Origin: Octopus vulgaris
Lineage: Eukaryota
Direction: 5' to 3'
Length of the DNA: 64,000 bases
Assembly (NCBI GenBank): GCA_951406725.2
Contig: OX597818.1
Location: 102,424,001 to 102,488,000, forward strand
Shown here one piece after another: positions 1 to 14,172 of the stretch. The position numbers and the translations under genes are program-made. The notes under the pieces are model-generated. The model was not told where the DNA came from. It saw only the letters and a list, made by a program, of their open reading frames with translations, and did not search any database. Numbering within the stretch: position 1 is the stretch's first letter; the number at the start of each line of letters is the position of its first letter.

Positions 1-199
1 TGTCTATAATATAGGTTTCAAAATTTGCTTACTTTACCTGATAAATTTAAGGCTAAGAATAGTCGCTTGGTTCTTGAGTCTGTGTTACAGAGAGTGTAGA
101 GTAAAAAGTAATAAATAAAGGAAGCATAATAAAATTATAGATGCAATTATATGGAAATATACGAAAAGATATATACATAAACAGAGCTAATTATATATA

Positions 200-390
200 C
201 TGAGAATTAACAAAAAAGAAAAGTCGAAGACGGGTGTGTAAGCAACAAACGGATGTATTAGTTTAACGCTACGGAAGTCAGAAAGTGTTTTACATTTCGA
301 GCCTACGCTCTTCGACAGGCTGGAACACAGAAAAAAGCTGGGAGAGAAAATAGCCAAAAGGTATAGTGGCTAGAGATCTTTCATAGCGAA
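200..390 (-). mobile_element. Short terminal fragment of a Penelope-like/non-autonomous repeat with a degenerate minimal hammerhead-like motif
   Basis: Minus strand reads ...TCGAAGA GCGTAGGCTC GAAATGTA... (286-320), resembling the minimal hammerhead motifs of PLE termini; preceded by AT-rich/TA sequence. Family assignment is from recalled motif similarity. Confidence 0.35.
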
Positions 391-901
391 TGATATATAA
401 TCATATGTACCTTGAACATGATCTAAAATTTTATTTCGCTTTCATTTTCTCTTGCTTAGTACACAAAATTGTATATGCTATGTCTGTGCGTTTGTACAGA
501 TTACAGTATGCAGCACATTTAGTTTGATGCGGAGGAACATGTGTGACACGTACGTGTTGAATCATTATGTTGTGTTATTATTACGTTAAAGCTAAATATT
601 AGTTAACAATGGGCTGCACAAGCATACAAGCATCGATTTTGGATTTTAATGACAGTGAAAGTGATATTTCTACCCCTGATCAGCATTATCCCAATGCAAC
701 ATTTCTGCTGACCGATATGAACAATATGTGTAGTTAACCTTATTTTAATACAATTGGTTGTTGTTTATACTATTGTTGCATATGCTCCAGGTCGTTATTT
801 TTTGTATTATACATACTTACGTGCACATACATGCACTTACATATGGTAATGTGCTACCAAGTATGTATGTATGTATATACATACATACATATATATTTAT
901 A

Positions 902-955
<54 letters not shown>

Positions 956-1004
956 TATAGTGGTTTTGTCTCGAATTATATTATATATATATATATATAT
1001 ATAT

Positions 1005-1642
1005 ATGATACAAAATGGGACAAGAACGCAAGACATCTGGACAGCTAGGTGATACAAAAAGGGACAACAAATTATCCAGATAGACGATACAAAGAAAACA
1101 AGGACTGGTCATTAGAAGTTTTCTTTCCTCAGTCAAGCACCAGATTACCCTCGCAATTTCGGCTGATTATTCTTGAGATTGCTTCAATCTGGCCAGCCCC
1201 CCGAAATCTAAATAAGAGTATTAGATTCCTTGGAAGGAAGCACCGGATCTATACAAAAACAAGGACGGAAAAAAGCGGACAATGTTGCCCAAATATAAAT
1301 ACAGTAAAAATACAACAAAATGATAATAGAACATAACGACAGGTGTATTTCGACTAAGGCCGAATTGAATTAAGCTGGCGCGTGTGGAAATGGAGCCTTA
1401 CGGTAGATATACAAAAGTTTCATAAACACAGGGAAGAATATCGATATTGCTCGGACAACAATCAAACAAAGGAAGAAAGAACAGGCTTAGTCGAGGCAGT
1501 AACGTGGGAAGAGAAGAGAGGGAAGTAGAAACAGAGGAACAGAAGAATTATGGAGGTGCGAGGAAAAATGACAGGAATACAGTGAAATGAAAAGAGCCGC
1601 ACAAGATTTAGAAAAATGTGCACTTACAAATAAGAGACCAAA

Positions 1643-1723
<81 letters not shown>

Positions 1724-1780
1724 TTATTTATATATATATATATGCGACAAGAATGCAAAACATCCGGACAGCTAGGTGAC
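1005..1780. repeat. (TA)n-flanked ~640-bp interspersed repeat with a partial direct repeat of its left end; probably PLE-derived
   Basis: GACAAGAACGCAAGACATCTGGACAGCTAGGTGA (1019-1052) recurs as GACAAGAATGCAAAACATCCGGACAGCTAGGTGA (1746-1779); all segments are bounded by (TA)n tracts. Confidence 0.5.
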
Positions 1781-1781
1781 A

Positions 1782-1827
<46 letters not shown>

Positions 1828-1829
<2 letters not shown>

Positions 1830-1956
1830 AATCCAAACATGAACAAGCAAGAAAAACAACGCGAGAATCCCATATACAAGCGTATATACTTACCTCTTTA
1901 TATGCAATAGAGTTACATATACTCTATGTATATGCATACACATATATAAATAAACA

Positions 1957-2009
<53 letters not shown>

Positions 2010-2150
2010 GTATGAGTATGTGTTTATTTATATATGTGTATGCATATACATAGAGTATATGTAACTCTATTGCTATATAAAGGGGTAAATATATACGCTT
2101 GTATATGGGATTCTCGCATTGTTTTTCTTGCTTGTTCATGTTTGGATTGA
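1828..2150. repeat. Inverted repeat, ~130-bp arms (1828-~1958 / ~2017-2150) around a (TA)n spacer
   Basis: TCAATCCAAACATGAACAAGCAAGAAAAACAA... is mirrored by ...TTGTTTTTCTTGCTTGTTCATGTTTGGATTGA with only a few mismatches; flanked by (TA)n. Confidence 0.9.
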
Positions 2151-2184
2151 TGTATATATATATATATATGCGTGTGTATGTATG

Positions 2185-2229
<45 letters not shown>

Positions 2230-3327
2230 TGTATGTGTGATATACGTGTGTATAAATTCATAGGAATACGTATTTTGCCGTTTGATTCCAATGACCGAAT
2301 TAGATTATTCACACTCTATTTACATTGAGAGTTTTTCTCCTTTCTATACCATTAACTTGTGCATCCACACATACTCCCAAACTCACACACACACACACAC
2401 CCACGCACACATTCATATATATCTTCTAGTATTTTGTGAATATTCATATAAGAGCATATATATTCAGTCCAATTCTCAATATTGAAATCAGTTAGGCATG
2501 ACGTTTTAATTCAACCTGATGCACACAGGCCTATATAACGATACATCTATGTAATTATGTATGTGTTAACAGATATACACACAGATACACACACACACAT
2601 ATATATGTATATATATATATATATGTATATGTATATGTATATATATATGTATATATATATATATATGTATATGTATATATATATATGTGTGTGGGGGGTG
2701 TATATATATATATATATGTATGTATATATATATGTGTGTGTATATATATATATATATACATTTAAATATACATATATATTTATATTTATAAATATACATA
2801 TACAAACACAAAGCAGTGTGAGGTTGTGCACGCATGTGTGTATATGCTCGTATATAGTCCTGTTTTTCTCAGTTTGTTCGATAAATTCTATTTTAATATT
2901 GAGAAGTATTGGAAGTTTTGGTATTCCGATAAGAGCGGAAAAAAAGAATCATTCATCGTAATGGAATATATGACATAAAATAGGAAAACCGTATTGAGCG
3001 AACAGTTGAAGACGTCCAATGAAGCTGAAAGATAAATTAATAATATATGAAATTTCTTTAACAGCATCTCAGGCAAAACTTTGGACAGATTTTACGACTA
3101 ATTTGAAATTCGCCTCACTCATTGCCTGAGAAGAAAAAGAAGGAACCTCTTATGGACTCATGATATTTACGCATGGCATATATCAATAAAAGTTATTTAT
3201 ATATGGGTTCACAATACCATTAATATTCATTAGAATATGGAAGGAAAAGAACTTACAGCTCAATGGATCATGATTCAGATAATTTGATGCAATACTAGAT
3301 GTATCTAATGAAAACAATATTATTTTC

Positions 3328-3429
<102 letters not shown>

Positions 3430-3512
3430 GGCGGTGAGCTGCCAGAATTGTTAGCTTCTAAGGTTAAATGCTTGGCGGCATTTCGTCCCTCTTTATGATG
3501 TAAGTTAAAATT
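3430..3512 (+). mobile_element. tRNA-derived SINE head fragment
   Basis: GGCGGTGAGCTGCCAGAATTGTTAGC...AAATGCTTGGCGGCATTTCGTC matches the 5' head of the SINE copies at 6810-7033 and 15748-15975. Confidence 0.55.
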
Positions 3513-3892
3513 GCGTATGACATAAAGATATCGATACTTCGGGCCCGTTTTTTTTTCCTGTCATGTTAACACCTTCAATATCTCTCTTCCCTTCCTGAAT
3601 CTTTCTATTAAATCGCATAGCGAATTCACACAAAAGTCTATTTTTTGTGATTCTCTAATGCCGCCTCTCGTTTTTGCTCATTCCATTTAGCTGCACTTTC
3701 ATACCGGCATTTCTCATTTATCATCCAGTGGATATATATTTGGTGACATAATCATGTCGTCTTCCATACTCTCGCTCTTCCAATTTAGCACCACGCATTC
3801 TACATAACGGGGATTGTTTCATTCTGTCAATATTATGCTTATTGTTTTAGTCCAGAGATCATTCTCCTGGGTGTTTATTACTATTATTATTG

Positions 3893-5250
<1,358 letters not shown>

Positions 5251-5311
5251 CCGTTAGAAAAAATTGTTAAAAATCTTCATGTATATATACATATATATAT
5301 AAGTATATATG

Positions 5312-5388
<77 letters not shown>

Positions 5389-6659
5389 TATATATATATA
5401 TATATATATGTATGTATATATGTGTATATATATATATTCCAAAAAGAAGTCATCCGATTTTAAGCTGATAGCCTTCTATTCAGAAACAAATTTCATGTAT
5501 ACTCCTAGTAGTTTTTATAATTTTCAGAATAGAACATATTTAAGCAAATGTTTTAATTTATATTGAAGCATTTCGCTAATCTTTGGGAAAAGCGGTATTT
5601 TAAAAAACAAAATAAAATTAAAATTAATTTTTAGAAAAAACAGTAGAATTCGCCTAAGGTAGAATTCGCCTAATTCAACTCTAGGAGCTAACTGAATATG
5701 ACGAATTAGGTAAAGTAACGAATAAAACAAAGACGAATGAGGCTAATTCTGCAGTATTAATGCTAACTAATAAATTTTACTTCATTTGTCAGATTAATAT
5801 ATCTTTTTTTTAATGTGGAAGAATTGACCGAGCATATGTTTGATTTGAAACCATTTAATGATTATTTTGCTGCACGCAATGCTTTTTTTTTTTTGGTAAT
5901 GGGATTTCAATTCATGTGAAAAAATCTTGTGACATATTATTTACAACTTCATATTTTATAGTTTGTGCTTGGTACAACTAACCAAAATGACTATTTTAAT
6001 CGTATACTACAAATGTCATAATACTAAAAAATATTTTTTGTTTAAATCTATTTTTGATTATTTTTCTGTTATGTTTATAAAGATTTACTTTTTCTTAGAT
6101 TCTCGTACTAAATAAAACAAATTGTCTAAAATTCACTTGTACTTTGATTTTTAAAATGTCATTCTCAGCTTCAATTCAGTAGAATTTTAATTTTAGTTTC
6201 CTTTAGAGGTGACGAATTATGCAAATTCTCCTGTTAAAATCTTCTGCTGAACATTTCCAGGTGTAATAACTTAAGAATATTAACATGCGTGCACCAGCAT
6301 TTTTTATTCTAATCCACTTATTTCCAGACAATGCAATAGAACTAATAAATATTCTTCTTTTGAAAAATATTTGAATTATTTTTCATTGTTGCTTGAATAA
6401 AAATAAGAATATTTATTTTGTGTTTTTAATTTTCACACATAATTTCTTATATTCTAAACTGAAGGAAAATTTAGCTGCACAGTGTTTCGTTTTATTAACT
6501 AATATAAAATGATCTTAAAATGCAAAAGTAGCCAATCCATCTACCGTAAGGCACGAGGAGCCACCTGCCCTTTTGCAGTTTCAGAACAGCATTATTAGAA
6601 ACCTTCACGTCTGTCCATTGAAAGAAAGAAACAATGACAATGTTCTTTTCTACACTAGA

Positions 6660-6800
6660 CACAAGGCGCAAACTTTTGGAGGAGGGGGACAGCCAATTAG
6701 TTCGACCCCAGTACACAACGGATATTTCATTTGTCGACCCCAACGGGATAAAAGGCAAGGTCGACCTCAGCGGCATTTGAACTCAAAACGTAAAAAGAGA
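6660..6800 (-). mobile_element. SINE with Deu/Nin-like central domain, partial copy
   Basis: GTCGACCCCAACGGGATAAAAGGCAAGGTCGACCTCAGCGGCATTTGAACTC is the reverse complement of a B-box followed by a 'CCTTTCATCCTTTCGGGGTCGATAAA'-type domain. Confidence 0.7.
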
Positions 6801-6809
6801 GACGGAGTA

Positions 6810-7033
6810 CCTATTTCTTTACTACCCACAAGGGGCTAAACACAGAGAGGACAAACAATGACAGACAAACGGATTAAGTCGATATATATCGACGCCAGTC
6901 CTTAATTTATCGACCCTAAAAGGATGAAAAGCAAAGCCGACCTCGGCCGAGTTTGAACTCAGAACGTAGCGGCAGACGAAATACGGCTACGCATTTTGCC
7001 CGGCGTGCTAACGTTTCTGTCATTTCGCCACCC
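6810..7033 (-). mobile_element. tRNA-derived SINE with Deu/Nin-like domain
   Basis: tRNA-like head with B-box GAGTTCAAACT and the Nin-like domain; colinear with 15748-15975. Confidence 0.8.
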
Positions 7034-9476
7034 TGAAATAATAACAATATTATATCATTAAGACTTGAGGTATAATTTTTATTTTAACTGAAGATTACAT
7101 ACATGTGCTAAAATCTCATATTATAATCCAATTTTCACAAATCATTTTAAAACTGCAATTTCTATAAAGAAAATATAATCCACTCATTTTTTAAAATGCA
7201 AAAATAGCCGATGCATCCACCATCTGGGAGGAGAAATTCAAAAGTTCTCACAAAGTTGGTTGTCGTAAAACTTTGCTTTCGTTTGTTTAATAAAAAACAC
7301 CCCTCGTATAATGATTTTATTATAGATATGTATCATGAAAAAAACGCCAATTTCTAAATCCTGTTTTCGGATTAGGTGAAAGGGATTAAACGTTAAACCC
7401 AAGTAACATTTTTATGGAATAAGTATGTATGTATATGTATGTGTATGTGTGCGCACGCGCGTGTGTGTGTGTGTGTGTGTGAGAATGTTTAGTTCCGATG
7501 GACAGTAGGAAAGAGTCCACTTCCCATCAATTATCATCAACTCACCCCTCTCCCTTCAAAGCTACGTATTCATCACACGTGTGTGTTTGTGTACGTGTTT
7601 ATGTGTGTATTTACGAAACTATGTACGCAGCGTTACGGGTATATACCTGAAGTCTATTTCAGGTGTTATTTTATACCTTTTTGACCAACATAAGTTGAAA
7701 TGTCAACCTATTTTCTAATGAACCAAATTTCAAATTTTTCAGCTCAAAATATAGATTAGTGGGTGATCAATTTAAAAATATATAAACATAATCAAATTTG
7801 GTGACAAACTGAATTAGTGACAAATCCTAGAAGTGGTCACGAGTGAGTAAATGTTGACTTCAACAATATTATTCACGCACTAAGGCGGCGAGCTAAGAGA
7901 AACGATTTCATCATCCTCTTCTATGGTTTTATCGTTGCGTCTATGGCTTATAAATACTCTATCGGGCAGTGCCTCAAGTTCTGACCTTTCCAATTTTCTG
8001 CTTTTTTATTTTGTATTTGCAGAATGCTCATTTTCTCTTCGAGGTGATAAATAATGACCGTCGAGTCCTGCCGAAATTTCTTCCACTTTAATTTTAGTGG
8101 TTTGCCTTCTGCTCCAGGACGTCGTCGGTTATATCACCTCTTCCTTTTTTAAGGTCATTGTACATAAATCCTTTGCCGTTATTTCATCGGTGAATTGCGC
8201 TTCGATCGTGGCAGTCTTTCTTCCAAAGCCGACGTAAATTATTCTGTACCAGATTGGCGACAAACATCTATCGCCTCACTTTACATGTCGTAATTCTCTT
8301 TTCTTTCATTCAGTACGTTTTCTACACTACAGTACACAACACTAAGAGTTAACAAATAAACAACAGTTCAATTCCAACATGTGCAACAATAACAATAAAA
8401 CATTAAATATATAACAACTTTTAACACATGAACATAAATAAGCGACAACCAAAAACATCTGGCACGAATCTCGTAGAGATGGTATTAGGTTGCTTCTGCT
8501 CACAAAACATATATTTCATGCGAACACAGTCGCTGATTTTGCTGCAAGCAAAAATGCTAGTTCTTAAATCATTCTAAGAGAACGCAGTAGTTTAGTGACA
8601 AGTAATATTCGCAGTCATTTTAACATGGTTGTCCGTTCGAACGGATTTTACTGCTATTTTGTAACCCCAAGAAAATATCACCTCTAGCTGGTTAACGATG
8701 TACACCTACATCCTATAAACTGCGAGCAGGGGGGCGTTGATCTCTTAAGGATATTTTAGAACAAGCAATTTTGCTTAGGTTTTGAATTTGCCTTCAGGCT
8801 TTACCAATGTTTTCGGCATTTGGCCCCAGTAGTTTTTATTTTAGCTATTCTCTTTTTAGATATAATTAGCACCATGGGATTCCTGCTGTCGAGATCTATC
8901 AGAAAAGTTAAATTTAAATATAGTTTTCTTTTGCAAGAATAATATTTTGAGTCAAAATCGATTTCAAGCGCTAAACTCGTTCTATTTTTTCGCCGATTTT
9001 TACCTCGATACATTTCTTCTACTGAATATTTTTGCACGTAATTAACATGGATAGATTCATTTCGTCGCGATCTATCGTATCAGCTAAAATATAATATACA
9101 TTTATTCATTTTTTTAAATACTTGTTGTCAAAGTCGATTTCTGGTGTTATTCTGTTTGTGACTTCACATATTTGACTGAAACTTTTTTCTACTGAACCAA
9201 TTTTCAAATTCTACTAAAATTATGGTCCAACACATATGAAACACTAAACTACTTCTCCAATATACAGAACACGAGGAACAACAAATTCATACAGATAGTC
9301 CTAGTAGATTACGATTCCTCAATTAACACTTTTATTTTTCCTACATTTTCTTCTTGCATATAATTTCTGTTACTGTATACCTTTTACCAAAGACTGTACC
9401 TACGCAGGTAATCACCACGAGCGTCTGTGGAATTAATCATCCCTTTTTACACACCTCTAACATATACCTATATATA

Positions 9477-9522
<46 letters not shown>

Positions 9523-10720
9523 AATAACGAGGCACGTATCCGTTTCCTTCTGTTTCCGATTAATTTTAAAATAAATAGTAACGAGAAAGAAATGTTGAGC
9601 AATGAAACGCATGTCTTCTTTTCCACGCAAAACCTTCACGAAAATAAATTACCTATGAACAGGATATATAAAGAAACATTTAACAGTATATAATTGCCAA
9701 ACAATACTATTTCTTCCGTTTCACGACTGTCATTATCTATGTACGAATTTATATTTATAATCCATAATTCTATAATTCTACTTTCATATTCTTTTCATTT
9801 CTGTTTTATATGAAAATAGTAATTTCTATTAGGCGAAACCAACAGTTTTTGTAGAAGTGGAGAAATTATAGTCGATTATATTGGGGTATTAAAGACAAAA
9901 ACCTGAATAAGCTAAATATGCTTAATCAGTAATTCTTTTCCCTGCTTAAATATAACACTTATAGCATTTAAATGGGTTACAAATGATTCTCTGAAGTATT
10001 ATTTACACATGTTTGCTATTTAAAAAATGTTGAAATATATTTTGCATAAAAATATAGATTTCCGTTTGAAAGTTGATAACATATTTCCTGGTAAATGGAA
10101 AACAAATTAGGAAATAACAAGCCAGAAATCCTTAAAAAATACAATAGGAAACAACAAGTAACCATCGATAAATATTGAAACAAATATTGGAATGAACGTG
10201 TAAGATTAATAACACGAAAGTCGATAGCTCAGAAATCAGTTACGCTTGTATTTGAAATGAAATTCCGTGACTGAAATTAAAGAAATGGCAAAAATTAAAG
10301 TAAAAAATTATCATAAATATGGTTGAATAATTTATTCTTTTGAAGGAAATATACTAAAGTAATATCAGAAAAATTGGGTTATTATTTCTTTTCTTTTTGT
10401 TTTGTGATAGCTATAGAATAATAGTCACGCGATTAATATCAGCCATTTTCGTGATCAAATATAGCGAGAAATGATTGTAAAATTATTGCATCAGAAGGAT
10501 TGCGCAGTGTAAGCAACATTGCAGATTGAAACGTAATTGGATCCGTATTTCATATCGCTGATCTCGTTATAAATTCTGGCTTATCTTTGATGATTCTAAC
10601 TATTACTACTAATTGGCAGGACAAAGAACTTTCTATAAACTCCAAATGTTTTATCTCGAAAAACAAAAATGTTTCTTAGCATTTCAACTACATTCCTCTA
10701 TTTTTCATTATTATTATTAC

Positions 10721-10774
<54 letters not shown>

Positions 10775-11194
10775 GATTATGATTATTATTATTATTATTA
10801 TTGTCATCATCTAAGAAGCGGGGTAAGGGAGATCAAAATTTTGGATAATTACAAGTAATTACTTATGGAAAAAAATCGAAACACTAGAGTTGTAGATTTC
10901 TCTTTCACTATTTTGAAGGAAAAATTTGATGGAAATACCTCGGGTGTTCTCCATACTTGATATGACTCCTGGTTCTGGTAGTAATTAATGTATTTGAAAA
11001 ATAATCATTAGCTTAAATCATCAGTACACTCAATATGAAACGCATGTCTCTATTAGAGCAGAACACTTGAAACAAAAATATAAAAGAGAAAACTGACGGC
11101 GGCTGACATAGTATTAAGTAAAGAAAAGTGTTGGAAATAATGGTTATGTATAGAAATTTTAAAATCACCACAGTTGAGATGGAAGCGTTGCTGA

Positions 11195-11580
11195 CTAATG
11201 GTTTATTGCACAACGACGTGATTCCTGATTCAATCCCAGTGCATGGTACCCAAGTCAAGTGTCTCCTAGCTCAAGGCCGACCAAGCAATTGTGATTTGTT
11301 TTGTTTAAAAGCAACTAAAAGTAGCTTATATGTATTAGTATATGTGTAAGTGTGTGTGTGTGCGTATATTTGAATCTGTCTTTGTCTCCTCAGCGCTTGA
11401 AAACGGGTATAAATTTGTTTACATCCACCGCACCTTGTGGTTAGACTACGATGAACCGCAGCATAAGTACCAGGTTTTACAAAATATTAGCTAGGGGTCA
11501 ACTACACCGCTTTGGCGCGGTACGCCTCTTCTAAACGGTATGCGGTCCAATGGTTGAAACAGCAAAATTATGAAAACAGA
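11195..11580 (+). mobile_element. Diverged CORE-like SINE with internal (TG)n
   Basis: GATTCAATCCCAGTGCATGGTACCCAAGTCAAGTGTC head; body colinear with 12185-12585 and 52300-52692. Confidence 0.6.
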
Positions 11581-11700
11581 AATGATACAAATTGTTCAAG
11601 TCATATTCACTGTGCAGACAAAGCGAAATTACATTTAAACATCGTTTATATCAAGAGGTTGTCTTGATGGGTCCTTTTTATATGAAATTGTTTTGTTCAG

Positions 11701-12841
11701 GAAATACATTAAAATGCACTGCAAAATTTACCATCCAACGCAATCATCTGTGTGTCAAAGGCATTTTAAACATTAATGCATAGTCCTTTGCCTTGTTAAT
11801 TCTCAGGTTATACTCGACTGAGTAGTACTAAGTCGAAGCTTATTCAAGTAGGGAGCGTATCACATTTTGCATCCTCTTTTACGCATGTAAGCAGGCAAAT
11901 AACGCTTTGGGAATGATTGGACAAGGCGTAGACATACTAAATGGTTTTATTACATTCGAATTTTTAAAATTCTTGTTTTTTTTAATATAACAAAAATAAA
12001 ATATATATCCTCTTAATTTACTTGTTATGAAAGAAATGTGGACCGTTGTTATGTTTGGAAATAATTCGCTCAACTTACGTATTCTCAAAACAGCGTCTGT
12101 GTGGTAAACATATATTTAATAACTGTATATTAAATATAATGTACATATTGAAGTACGTGAAAGTAATAATATGGATCATTTATATGAATCGTTCCGGGTT
12201 CAGTCACAATGCGTGGCTCCTTGGGCAAGTGACTACCACTACAGACTCGTACCGAACACAGATTTCTGAGTGGATTGGGTAGACAAAAACTGAAAGTATC
12301 CCGTCGTATATATGTATATATGCGTGTCTGTCTGTTTGTCTGTGTATGTGTCTGTGTGCGTGTGTGTGTATTTGTGCATTTTTTATTGTAATTGTCCCTC
12401 CACAATCGCTTGAGAACCGATGATGGTGTGCTTATGTCCCTGTAACTTAGCATTTCGGCAACAGATACCGCTATGGTAAGCACTAGATTTACCAAGAATA
12501 AGTCCGGGAGTCGGTTTGTTCTACTATAAGGCGGTGCTCCAGCACGGCCGCAGTAAAATGACTGGAACAAATAAAAGAATATAAATAGAAATGCGTGTGT
12601 GCGTGTGTTTATGTCTGTGCGTGTGTGTGTGTGTCTGTGTGTACGTATATACACACTTACGTAAAAGAGGATGCGAAATGTGATAAGCTCCCTACTAGAA
12701 TAAGCTTCGACATAGTACTACTCAGTCCAGTATAACCTGAGAATTAACAAAACAAAGGACTATTCACTACTATTCAAAATGTCTTTGACAGACAGATGAT
12801 TGCGTTGAATGGTAAATTTTGCAGTGTATTTAATGTATTTC
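11701..12841. repeat. Inverted repeat pair, ~183-bp arms (11701-11883 / 12660-12841)
   Basis: ...TTGTTAATTCTCAGGTTATACTCGACTGAGTAGTACTAAGTCGAAGCTTATTC... is mirrored by ...GAATAAGCTTCGACATAGTACTACTCAGTCCAGTATAACCTGAGAATTAACAA... Confidence 0.88.
12185..12585 (+). mobile_element. CORE-like tRNA SINE with internal (TG)n
   Basis: GGTTCAGTC B-box, GCGTGGCTCCTTGGGCAAGTG CORE-like motif, and a 3' GGCGGTGCTCCAGCACGGCCGCAG tail shared with 52300-52692. Confidence 0.7.
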
Positions 12842-12933
12842 ATGTATATATCGATATGAACTTATACAATTGCCGGTACCATTTCCAAACAAAAAAAAAA
12901 CTAAGAAAGGTGTGAATGATTATATGCAACCTA

Positions 12934-14172
12934 CGAGGGGCGTTCAATAAATAATGCCTCTGACCCACTTGCAGTTGTTTGATCTAGCTGAGATTTTGCA
13001 TGTGCAATTATTTATATCTCTATAGAGATATCTCTAATTGTGGTTTCTGATTTACAGGTGTTTGAACTGAGTCAAGTGTGAAATGGAGCCTGTTGAGTGT
13101 TGAGCAGTGATCCGGTTTTTGTATTTGAAAGGACGCACACCACGGGAGACTTTTGATGAAATGAAAGTAACTTATGGTGATGATGCCCCATCATATGATC
13201 TTGTAAAACGCTGTTATCGTGAATTCAAACATGGTCGGAACTCTTTGGAAACAGCTCCCAGATCTGGTCGCCCCCTTTCTGCCATTGATGAGGCATCTGT
13301 CCGTCAAGTTGAGGCTGCCATTTTGGAAGATCAACGCATAACTATTCGCCAAATAGCCCATGAGGTCAAGATTAGTACCGGGTCTGTGGAAACTATCATT
13401 CATGACCATTTGCATATGCAAAAGGTGTCTGCCAGATGGATTCCCAGGTTGCTCACACCTTTCCAGAAGGAAGAACGCGTCGAGTGCTCGAGGATGAATT
13501 TGGAGATGTGCCAAGAGGATGAGTCAACATTTTTCAAAAGACTGATTACACAGGAGGAAACCTGGGTCCATCACTATGATCCAGAGACCAAAGCCCAGTC
13601 AATGCAGTGGAAGCACCGTGACTCACCTCCTCCAAAGAAGGCAAGGGTGCAGCCCTCCGCTGGCAAGGTCATGCTCACAGTCTTCTGGGATCAGGACGGA
13701 GTAGTGATGACAGATTTCCTGGCAAAGGGTACCACAATTACAGGAGCCTATTATGCTTCACTTTTGAGGAAATTAAGAGAAGCTATCAAAATCAAGAGGC
13801 GGGGCAAGATCAGCAAAGCATCCTCCTCCTGCAGGACAACGCTCCGGTCCACAACTCGCGTGTAGCCAGATCAGAAGCACAGACGTGCGGCTATGAACTC
13901 CTCCCTCATTCCCCCTACTCTCCTGGCATTGCACTCTCTGATTTTCACCTCTTCCCAGCCATGAAGTTGTTTTTGAAAGGAAAGCGTTTCCCAGATGATG
14001 CAGCCTTGATTTCTAAAGTCACGTCGTGGTTGGAGGAACAAGCTGGGGTCTTCTACAAAAACGGTAACTCTGGGTGGTTTCTATGTAGAAAAAGACTAAT
14101 ACCTGTGCCAATATTCGTTGCTCTACTGCTATGGGAAGTGGGTTAGTGGCATTACTTATTGAACGCCCCTCG
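12934..14172 (+). mobile_element. Near full-length mariner DNA transposon (Hsmar2/irritans-like TIRs)
   Basis: TIRs CGAGGGGCGTTCAATAAATAATGCC / GGCATTACTTATTGAACGCCCCTCG, TA target duplication on both sides, 1239 bp. Confidence 0.95.
13083..14099 (+). pseudogene. Mariner DD34D transposase pseudogene
   Basis: ATG at 13083 with an early TGA; motifs RSGRP, WIPRLL, TQEETW (first catalytic D lost), LLQDNA after a frameshift near 13818, and PYSPGIALSDFHLF; apparent deletion near the 3' end. Confidence 0.93.

Noticed and set aside
1100-1195. Possible ribozyme in the 1005-1645 repeat (minus strand CTGAGGA AA GAAA; GCAATC...GAAATTGC)
   Set aside because: The core halves could not be assembled into a complete hammerhead with paired stems.
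758-2961. Many ORFs rich in YI/IY/HT/CV, and poly-I/L/N/Y ORFs throughout the window
   Set aside because: Translations of (TA)n, (CA)n and (TAA)n microsatellites.
5641-5756. GTAGAATTCGCCTAA tandem pair with a weak inverted copy as a MITE
   Set aside because: Too short and degenerate; no target duplication established.
6810-7033. SINE heads as genuine tRNA genes
   Set aside because: No complete cloverleaf; the heads continue into SINE body domains.
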